From Mobula hypostoma (Eukaryota): a DNA stretch of 64,000 bases. Made by a program: the position numbers and the translations under genes. Location: contig NC_086124.1 of NCBI RefSeq assembly GCF_963921235.1, positions 27,652,001 to 27,716,000 on the forward strand. The letters run 5' to 3'. Of this stretch, positions 1 to 9,039 are shown in pieces (positions within the stretch are counted from its first letter, which is position 1; each line of letters opens with the position of its first letter). A model generated the notes under the pieces. That model was not told where the DNA came from. It worked only from the letters and a program-made list of their open reading frames with translations, and searched no databases.

Positions 1-99
1 AAAAAAAATTACGCAAACAGCAGAAAATGAATGAATAACACACAGAATATTTAATCTCAAGAGCCCTTGAAACAGCCTAGGAATGTTCAGATTTCAGAT

Positions 100-1065
100 G
101 ATCACAAAACAAAGGAGCAGAAGTAGGCCATTTGGCCCATCAAGTCTCTTCTGCCACCCCACTATGAGCTAAACTATTTTCCCATCTAGTTCCAATTTCC
201 GGCTTTTTCCCCATATCCTTTGATACCCTGACTAATTTGATACCTATCAATCTCCTCCTTAAACACCCTCAATGATTGGGCCTCCACAGCTGTATGTGGC
301 AACGAATTCAATAAATCCACGACCCTCTGGCTAAAAAAAATTCTCCTCATCTCTGTTTTAAATGGGTACCCTCTAATTCTAAGACTATGGCCTCTTGTCC
401 TAGACTCACTCACCAAGGGAAACAGCCTTTCCACATCTACTCTGTCCAACCCTTTCAACATTCGAAATGTTTCTATGAGATCCCCTCTCTTTCTTCTATA
501 CTCTAATGTATACAGTCCAAGAGCCGACAAACGTTCCTCATATGTTAGACCCTGCGTTCCAGGAATCATCCTCGTAAATATTCTCTGAACTCTCTCTGAC
601 ATCAGTACATCCCTTCTAAGATAGAGGGCCCAAAACTGCACACAGTATTCCAAATGAGGTCTCACCAGTGCCCCATAGAGCCTCATCAACACCTCCTTAC
701 TCTTATACACTATTCCTCTTGAAATGAATGCCAACATAGCATTCGCTTTCTTTACTGCTGATCCAACCTGGTGGTTAACCTTGAGGGTATCCTACACGAG
801 GACCCCCAAGTTCCTTTGCACTTCCGAGTTTTGAATTTCCTCCCCATCTAAATAATAATCCGCCCGATTATTTCTTCTTCCAAAATGTACAACCGTACAT
901 TTCTCAACATTGTATCTCATCTGCCATTTCTTTGCCCACTCTCCTAAACTGACCAAGTCTCTCTGCAACTTTTCCGTTTCTTCAACACTTCCTGTTCCTC
1001 CACCTATCTTGGTGTCATCCGCAAATTTAGCCACAAAACCATTTAATCCATAATCTAAATCATTT
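100..1065 (-). mobile_element. CR1 LINE, 5'-truncated (RT C-terminal part and 3' tail)
   Basis: ORFs 792-1133 and 186-737 contain FADDTKIGG, YGALVRPHLEYCVQFW and RTRGHSLRI, typical of CR1 ORF2; split by a frameshift. Confidence 0.9.
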
Positions 1066-1379
1066 GTCTCAGCGTTGTATTGTTCGCTGACTGCAGGCCG
1101 CTGAGCCAGTCTGGCCTGATTAAAATCGCGCAAAGCAGCGATTAAAAAAGGGACTAACCAGAAACGTATATAACATGAAGTTCAGAGTCCTCTAAAACCG
1201 AGTCCAATCCATAAACCATGCTGATCAAACCTTGCCTGAGAACCCAGAACCCTTCCTTCAGCAGTGACGAGTGAGATGGAGAGGGAAAACATGGGCAGAG
1301 GGCACTGAACACCCGCTCCCTCTACTCGTGTCCTCTTTCATTTCAATCTTGCTTGACGCTTTAATTAGCAGGTTGGTAG

Positions 1380-2200
1380 AGAATTGGAACCGACCGTGGC
1401 TCCGCGCTCTGCCACCAGGCCACGTGCACCATTCCCAACCGCGCCGAATTTCCTCGGAGGTAGCAAAAGCACCAGATCGCTCAGTCGGCCCAAAAACACA
1501 TTCATCAAAATGTAAATGGTTGCCTCCCATCGCACGCCGATTTCCAGTGGAAGCATTTTTAAAAGAAGAAGTAGCTTCGTGAACTTTCTGCAGGACGTCG
1601 CTGGTAGTGGTGTGGTCGCTGATGCCATCTTGCCCAAACTGCTGAGACTGCAAAGTGGCCCAGGAGCCGCAGCCAGTTCCGCGTCAAAGTGCCTGGATCA
1701 AAGCGGTACACACTGCAAAAAAAGAGGGAGCACAAACACCTGGAACATGAATGACATCAAGCCACAGAGACCCCTAAAACGAGCCCACAGCCACCAGCCG
1801 TCGAGGCGGTTGAACCTTGCAGCGTAGTACCCAAGGCTCCTGCGAGAAGGAGACCGGTCAAATGCGGGCAGACGGCGCGAAACACCCATTCGTTTCCTGC
1901 TCTCGTCCTCGTCGATTTTCAGCTGCGAGCGGCGCGGAGTCGCGGGACCGGCCACGGGTCGGCATTCCACCATCGGGGATCGCTGGGCGCCCTTGCACAC
2001 TCTGCTGTCAACCTCGCCGAGCCCCCCAGGAGATCGCAAGAGCGCCAGACCGTTTAGGCCGTCCTTGATGTGGAAATTGCAGGCTGCAATCGGTCACAGT
2101 TCGGGAGAAGAAGTATATTTAAAAGAAGAGCATTCAGCAGTTCCGTGAGCAGCCTGCAAGATGTCGCCGTAGGTCACTGGCGCCATCTGGCGATACCTGG
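1380..2200. other. CpG-rich segment of unclear origin (promoter-like region or TE 5' region)
   Basis: Visibly high CpG density relative to the flanks; no recognisable protein in any frame. Confidence 0.3.
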
Positions 2201-2214
2201 TTACCTGTGACAAT

Positions 2215-2688
2215 AATAAGACCATCAGACGGAGGAACAGAATTAAACCATTCAGCCCATCAGTCCTGCTCAGTCCTTCCATCATGGCTGATTTACTAAC
2301 CCTCTCAGCCCCATTCTCCCGTCTCTCCCTGACACCCTATCCACCTCTGTTTTAAACTTACCTGATGACTTGGCCCCCACAGCCGTCTGTGGCAATGAAT
2401 TCACAGGTCACCACCCTCTGGCTAAAGAAATTCCTCCTCATCTCTATTCTAAAGGATATCCTTGTATGTTGAGGCTGCGTCCTCTGGTCCTAGATTCCGC
2501 CACTATAGGAAACATCCTCTCCACATCTACTCTGTCTAGGACTTTCAATATTCATTAGGTTTCAATGAGATCCACCCTCATTCTTCTAAACTCCAGCGAG
2601 TACAGACTAGAGCTATAAAATGCTCCTCATACATTAACCCTGTCATTCCTGGGATCATTCTCATGAACTTCCAGTGGACCTTTTATAG
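2215..2688 (-). mobile_element. CR1 3' fragment
   Basis: Sequence paralogous to the 3' end of the CR1 at 100-500 (ctctggctaaagaaattcctcctcatctct). Confidence 0.75.
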
Positions 2689-2767
2689 CAGGGGTTCCCA
2701 ACCTGGGGCCACAGACCCCTTGGTAAATGGTAAGGCTCCGTGGCATAAGAAAGGTTGGGAACCCCTG
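2689..2767. mobile_element. 79-bp hAT/Charlie-type MITE
   Basis: Perfect 15-bp terminal inverted repeats CAGGGGTTCCCAACC...GGTTGGGAACCCCTG; the putative 8-bp TSD is degenerate. Confidence 0.6.
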
Positions 2768-3384
2768 TTCAAGAGTCATAAAACAATACAAATTGGGTAC
2801 AGGCCCTTCTGCCCAACCAGTTGATGCTAACCATGGTGCCCACCCAACTAGTCCCAATTTCCTACATTTGGACCATGGCACACCAAGCCCCACTCCTCCA
2901 TGTACTCGTCCAAGTGCAACTGAAATGATACACTGTACCTTCCTCAACTACCTTCTGGCGGCTCGTTCCACACACTCACCGCCTCCTGTTGAAAATGGTA
3001 CAAACTCCCCCCTTATGAAATCTAAGCCCTCTTGGTTTTGGACTCCGCTGTCCTGGGTAACGGGTGGAAGGGTGGAGATACATCTCTACCAAAGGAGATG
3101 TTCGGAGCTTCTTCCCTCCACTAGCCTTGGGCCAAGGTGTAGCCCCTGCCTGGCCCACGTCAAGCTGTGGGAGAGATGGTGGACGGTCGTATGATGAGCC
3201 AGTGCAGGTCACAAGTCCTGGTTATGAGACCACTGACGATCTCTGAAGAGTATCGATAATGGCTGGAGTTACCCGTCTTGGAAAGACAGTACCCAGAGGA
3301 AGGCCACTTGTACAGAAAAGTTTGCCGAGAAAAATCATGGTCATGGAAAGACCATAATTCATTAAAGTTCCCCACCACCCAGGA

Positions 3385-3620
3385 CACGCCTTTTTCTCAT
3401 TATTACTGTCAGGAAGGAGGCACAGAATCCTGCAGGCACACATTCAATGATTCAGGAACAGCTTTTGCTCCTCTGCCATCTACTTTCCAAATGGATATTG
3501 AACCCAGGAAACCTACCTCACTACTTTTTATTTCTTTTTTTTTGCACTACGTATTTTAAATTAACTATTTAAAGACATATATATCCTTACTGCAATTCAG
3601 GTTTTTTTCCCCTATATTTA
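3385..3620 (+). mobile_element. Rex1/Babar-like LINE 3' tail, interrupted by the Gypsy element and resuming at about 7165-7250
   Basis: Decayed HPGHALFSLLPSGRR-type coding remnant followed by the AT-rich tail seen in other copies in this window. Confidence 0.6.
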
Positions 3621-4332
3621 TGTAGCCCCCTGGCCAGCATCAGGGTCGCTCGGCTTGCTGTCGTCTAGGGAAACAGCCCTCGGCCCTGCCAAACTGGGTA
3701 ATCAGTTTGTGTGGACGCTGTGTGATGTACCCCACCCCGCCCAAATAACAGACAATACACCAGATACGATTAAATGAAGTGCAGTTTATAGATATTACTG
3801 GAACTATATAATTAATAGTGAATAAAATATAAAAGGAAAATAAAAGGTGCCACACTTATCAAAGTTCAATCTCTTCGTGCACAAACAGTTGGAGCTCAGG
3901 ACCCTCCTTCTTCACCCTGCGATCCCCTCGGACCACCTCGATCTGCCGCCTGGGACCAACCACGGTGGTCCCAGATGCTCCACATGAGTCCGTCTCCGTC
4001 TCCTCTCCTCGCCGAACACCCTGGACCTCAGACTCCTGCTCGGGGTCCGACCCCGTTAGCGGACTCACAGCACCTGGTCCATCCTCTGTCTCTCTCTCCT
4101 GCCTTCTGCCAAAAAACCCATGCATTACAATATCTTACAGACACACAGAAAGCATAACAACTATCCCAATTGGTTCGTAACACCTTCTTCTCAGTAACAT
4201 AATCCAAATAAACTGCTAGCGGGAGGACTTTCTCAGCAGTTAACATAACAAAGAAGCAATTTCAATTATAACATAACAAAGAAGCCATTTTAATTAGACT
4301 ATGCAGTAACATAAAAGAAGAAACCTCTTGCA
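3621..4332 (-). repeat. 3' LTR (about 712 bp)
   Basis: On the minus strand it begins TG directly after the polypurine tract GGTGGGGGGAGAG and ends GGGGGCTACA. The same terminus (GGGGCTACA) precedes the PBS at 7146-7154. Confidence 0.75.
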
Positions 4333-4829
4333 CTCTCCCCCCACCAAATAAAGTCATATCCTCATGACTTCTAAATAACTCGCCAACCAGTCCTGCAGAC
4401 ACAAAAACCCATCCAGATACACACAGTGACATTGCTCCCCAAACAGTGGACCTTCTGCCCGTCCACAGGCGCTACATAGGCCAACCTACCTGGGAGCTCC
4501 CTAATCCTCCAAGACCTCCGTACCCCCTCACCTAAACCCTAAAGGCTTGGGCACTACTGAGGATACCTCGGGTCTGCTTGCCAACTCCTCTCTCACTCAT
4601 GCCTCCACTACAACTAGGAGCCCCCTGTCCTGTGTCCGGGGCCCCGCTTCTTTTTCTTCCTGGTCCTGCTGTAACCCAGACTGCCCACTGCTAGCCCTCC
4701 CCCGCCCACACCTGACTAAGTGGAAGAAGGGCCAACAGTCTCTTCCTCAATCATGGGGAAGTTAGCGAAAGGCAGCACGTACCACATGTCCAGCACATCA
4801 TCCTTCGAATCCGTATTCTTCCTCATTCC

Positions 4830-5751
4830 CTCGCTCGGTAACTGCTGTTTGAGTTTCTTCACACTGAAACATTTAGCCGGGGCTACCCCTTCAGCCTCCT
4901 GCAGTCGAGACGTCAGCTTCTTCGGGGACTCCTCCAACTCTCACCACAGCCTCCGCAGTTCTGGCTCAGGGTTCTTGGCCATCTCCATCTGGGACGTAGT
5001 TACCCCACCAGCTTCTTCCACCCTGACCTGAAAAGCAGCAGTTAAAGGATGGTCAGCCTCCGGTTGTTTCTTCCTGATGACGTCTTCCAGGTCAACTTTC
5101 AGTTTTTCCACTTCACCTAACTGTCATCTTCAGGTTCCTTTCAAGTGTCCGCCTCCCTTTTCCGAGATCTGTCCTCCATTTCTTCACCTCCTCGGGCGTG
5201 TAGTCAAACTCCCTTCCCTGGGCTCTCGGTTTTCTGTTGGCCTTAGTCAGAACACTTCCTTGATCTTCCCCAACTTGTAAGTCTTCCAATCTTTTCTGGA
5301 TCGACGCCTTGAGTTTCTGCTGATCCCTTTGAAGGTGGGTCATTGTTTCGTCTCGCTGGATTAATTCATCAGTACATGACCGCAGTGTCGGCTCGGAATT
5401 CCGTTTCTCTGTCTCCACTTTGACGAGCGTGAATTCCAAGTCTGCAATGGTCATCTCGCAAGAGCGGCACTCAGTCTCCGGCCTGCATTTCTGAGCGCTC
5501 AGTTCAGCGATGCAAATCCCCTCTCTCCCCTGTGTCTCATTCAGATTGACAACCTGGATTTCCATCCCCCGGTCCACAACCGTCTGTTCCAACACCAGGA
5601 AGTTCAACTGGTATGTCAGATCATTTATCTCACATTGCACCAAACTCCTCCGGCAAAAAACTCCTCCACATTTGACACTTCGCTTCGGTCGCCCGGGCTC
5701 AGCCACTCGCCTTGCCTCATAGTCCCCCCAGGCGAATCCAAGCTCTAGGCG
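4830..5751 (-). other. Captured sarcomeric myosin heavy-chain rod (S2/LMM) fragments inside the Gypsy element
   Basis: AELSAQKCRPETEC..IADLEFTLVKVETEK..LTKANRK..EEVKKWRTDLGKGRRTLERNLK, RVEEAGGVTTSQMEM and [31 protein letters not shown] are collinear with MYH motifs [71 protein letters not shown] and EEAKKKLAQRLQEAE..AKCSSLEKTKHRLQNE. Confidence 0.85.
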
Positions 5752-5970
5752 GTCATCCACATACGCCAAAACTCCACACACCTTCATTTCCCCCATGGTC
5801 TTCCTCATGCCCCGCGGGAAGGATGCAGGGGCTCCGGATATGCCTTTGGGCATCTTTTCGGATCAGAAGAATCCTAGGGAACTAGTAACGGCCATCTTCT
5901 CCTCATCAGCCGCACTCCTCAGGATCTGGCAACATCTACTCCTCAGATCCAGCACATTAAACCATGTCGC
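5752..5970 (-). mobile_element. Gypsy reverse transcriptase fragment (degenerate, ending at YVDD)
   Basis: [26 protein letters not shown] / MPKGISGAPASF..VLAYVDD corresponds to Gypsy RT WFSVLDLRSGYYQI..FERMPQG..APATFQR..YLDD. Confidence 0.85.
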
Positions 5971-6299
5971 ATAATCAGCACACACGCTGCCTACGTCTTC
6001 CATGGTGCCAGGGTCCAGTTGCTGTGACCTCTCTCTCACTGAGGTGTCTTCATTGGTCAACTCCCCTCCCTTGTGGTAGTTCGGAGCATCTACTAAGAGG
6101 ATCTCACCCTCAGCTACTTCCCCCAGGCCGTACCATAGCTGGGTCTCGTTTAAATTCGGTACTGGCTCAAGGCTGCTACACACGTCCTCAGAAGCAACTG
6201 GACATGCTGGGTGCCCAGACAATGCCCCCATGAACTCCAGGGTCACTAACCAATCATCGTCTTCTGAATAATTCTGGCATTGGTACCCAAAATCTCCGG

Positions 6300-6480
6300 T
6301 GCCCTTGCAGTTGTCACGGGTAAATGCTTCAGACATCGGTTGTAAAATGAACTGTAGAACAACTTGACCTGCGCCCCGGGGTCGAGGATAGCTTTAGCAT
6401 CGCTTCCCTCTATCTGTAATGACACCCTGGGGCGTGGTCCCTCTAAGCCTTCAGGAATAGGGTCTTTTCCTTTCGGAAGT
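6300..6480 (-). mobile_element. Gypsy aspartic protease remnant
   Basis: [36 protein letters not shown]; the catalytic D(T/S)G motif reads DPG. Confidence 0.8.
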
Positions 6481-6659
6481 TCATCGGTACATTGCTGGGA
6501 ACGTGCTCCCCCAAACACCCCAAGCCGTTCCCCCACTGGGCCTCCACTAAGTTTCCCGACACCTCTCTGATCAGCTGAACAACTGGAGGAGGGGCTGATC
6601 CCCTGAAATGATCCCCCTGGCACTACAAGCAATTTACCTGCCCCCCTGGCCAGAGAAGA

Positions 6660-6991
6660 CACACTGAAAACTTTCCCCCCTCTTTCAAACTGATAGCTGT
6701 CACTACGGTGTAATTGAACCTGACAGCTCTAACACTGTCACCAGCCCGCTTACTTAAACTTTCAACCAAACCCTGTCGCTCTCCCTCAACCGAGCACTGC
6801 CACTTATCTAACAACTGAGAGATCTGCTTCGTCCACGTCTCCCATGCCTCCGCCCCTCTTGGGGTGGACACTATCCCAAACGCCAGGCGGAGCCTGCCGG
6901 AGCTAGAACATTTATTCGCACACACTACCTCCAAATCAGACCACTCTTTCCTCTCTCTCTCAACAGCATGGACAGCCCCGAGTTCCACCAC
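6660..6991 (-). mobile_element. PNMA/Ma-like gag capsid fragment
   Basis: LRLAFGIVSTPRGAEAWETWTKQISQLLDKWQCSVEGERQGLVESL matches the PNMA-type gag core; the N-terminus appears shortened. Confidence 0.8.
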
Positions 6992-7125
6992 CGACTCATC
7001 AACACTAGTCTGAACTCAAACAAAGACCTCACCCACCATGCATGCAGCAATAACCAGCAAATAACCCACAGAGACACACATTACTGATTTAAACAGGGCA
7101 ACCACACAGCATACCACTAGATCCA

Positions 7126-7142
7126 ATCCCGGATGAGCCCCA
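7126..7142 (-). promoter_or_regulatory. Primer-binding site, tRNA-Pro-like
   Basis: TGGGGCTCATCCGGGAT versus the tRNA-Pro PBS TGGGGGCTCGTCCGGGAT; lies 3 nt after the LTR end (..TACA). Confidence 0.75.
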
Positions 7143-7260
7143 AAATGTAGCCCCATGATATAGTTATTTATCGTGGATTTCATTGTACTGTTGCCGTTAA
7201 GTGAACAAATTTCATGACATATGCTGGTGATGTTAAGCTTGATCCTGATGATTGCCTTGA

Positions 7261-7989
7261 GGCTGATTTATACTTACGCGTCAAGTGTACGCTGTAGCCG
7301 TGAACCCTACGCTGAACCTAACGCCATAGCCTGACGCGCACCTCTCCCAAAATGTAACTACGCGTTGCGGCGTCGCAGACCGCGACAACTGTGATTGGTC
7401 CACTTGGTAGCATCGCATTTCCTCCTACGTTGCAATAGCTTCCCATCGGGCGACTGAAGGGCAGGGAAGGAACTCTGACTGCAATGCTTTCCATAAGCTT
7501 TACAGACCTCCGAAATTATGGAGGACCCTGTGCTTGACGCCAGTTTGTAGCTAGCTGCTACAGCCTGCTGACTTCCACCTGAAGCTAAAACTGGAATGGT
7601 GATTGCCAGTCTCTGAGTATACTGTGCGTACACTGATGCAAAATAAATGGTTGGAGGCGATGAACCAAATCGTCAAATCTACCTGCCGACATCCGAAAAT
7701 ATTTGAAATGCATTTCCTTGTCCATGTCTCTCAGTGGCCAGACAAGCACAGAAAATTCACCCTCCTTCAGTTCCAGTCACCATTGTTTGGAGTTTGAATT
7801 TCTTCGTGTTGAGTTTCAACACGAAGAGACTCAACACAGTGGCATAGAAACCCCACCGTCAACTGGGATTTTGGCGGTGAATTGCAGAGCGACACAGACA
7901 CACCAACGAACAAGAATAAATGCTCACAACGGCGTAGCCCACTTGCGTAGGCTGCGGCGTAAACTAGTACACACAAATATTAATCAGAC
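7261..7989 (-). mobile_element. Non-autonomous PIF/Harbinger element with transposase fragment
   Basis: Degenerate TIRs GGCTGATTTATACTT..; internal [14 protein letters not shown] and [28 protein letters not shown] are Harbinger transposase-like; near-identical copy at 62068-62810. Confidence 0.8.
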
Positions 7990-9039
7990 TTAAGTCATAC
8001 AAGACAGCACATAATGAACAGACCCTGGGGAAAAGACGGTTGCAATCTGTGTTATTTTACTGTATGCCTCTCACCATGTTAAACATTTCTATGATGTCGC
8101 TCCTCATTCTCCTACATTCCAAGTAATAAAGTCTTACACCAGGCCAATCCCTCCCTATAACTGTAGCCCTGGGAACATCCTTGCAAATCTTCTCTGCACT
8201 CTTTTTATTAACCGAGTCTTTTTGATAATACTTACTTAAGCCCTTCACCCCTACTGATTTTCCAGCTGCTGTATGCTATGTCTATCTCACTGCCCTTTCT
8301 AACTCTTTTGTCCCTTTGCGGTGGCTAACCAAACAAGTAAGTAAGATGGTTACTTGACTTCACAAACTACCCCATAATGGTCTTGCATTTCATTTCAAGG
8401 GTCACAGCCCGAAACTTTTTTCCATCGCTGCTGCCTGGCCTGCTATGCTCCTCCAGCATTTTCTGTGTGATCATTGGATTTCCAGCATCTGCACATTTTC
8501 TCTTGTCTGCATTTCATTATTTACCTGCACTGCGCTCTTTTGGAAACTGTTACACTTTATTCTGCATTGTAATTGTTTTACCTTGTTCCCCCACAATGGA
8601 TCATGTAATGTCAGGTCAGGTGATTTTTCAATCCGCAGGTTCTTTTGGGAATTCAAGAATGAGTTGAGATCTTAGTGCTTTATGATCATTTATTGAAAGT
8701 TTGAACAAAGAAACAGGTACAGAGCACATGAAACTGAAGGAGAAAACCTTAGGAAAAGACAAAGACAAGATGGTGATTTTTGCAGAAAGAGAAACTTTTA
8801 TACCTAGCAGAGGCAAATTCCCAAGATAAGCAAAGGCACACAGGTATAGCATGTTTAACACTTAGCCAATGAAAAATGAAAGGTGATAAACCGTGATGTA
8901 GCTGTGCCACCAGTAGGTGGAGTCTAGCACCATATATTGTGAAAAATATAAGTTATATTTTAACGAAACAACAAATACATTCTTCCTAAGAACTTATTAA
9001 TACAACTGATATCTTATTAAATAAATCCTACTTCTCGTG

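Larger units (their letters stand above)
3621..7154 (-). mobile_element. Compact non-autonomous Gypsy/Ty3 LTR retrotransposon (PNMA-like gag)
   Basis: Minus-strand order: LTR stub, PBS, gag, protease, RT fragment, myosin-derived insert, probable pol C-terminal tail, PPT, 3' LTR. Confidence 0.88.

Noticed and set aside
4830-5751. A host myosin gene at this locus
   Set aside because: No introns, no motor domain, large internal deletions, and it is enclosed between Gypsy RT and the PPT/LTR.
8638-8842. Plus-strand exon-like segment (acceptor tttttcaatccgcag, donors downstream)
   Set aside because: Stops in all three frames within 40 nt and no recognisable protein. A terminal or non-coding exon cannot be excluded but is unsupported.
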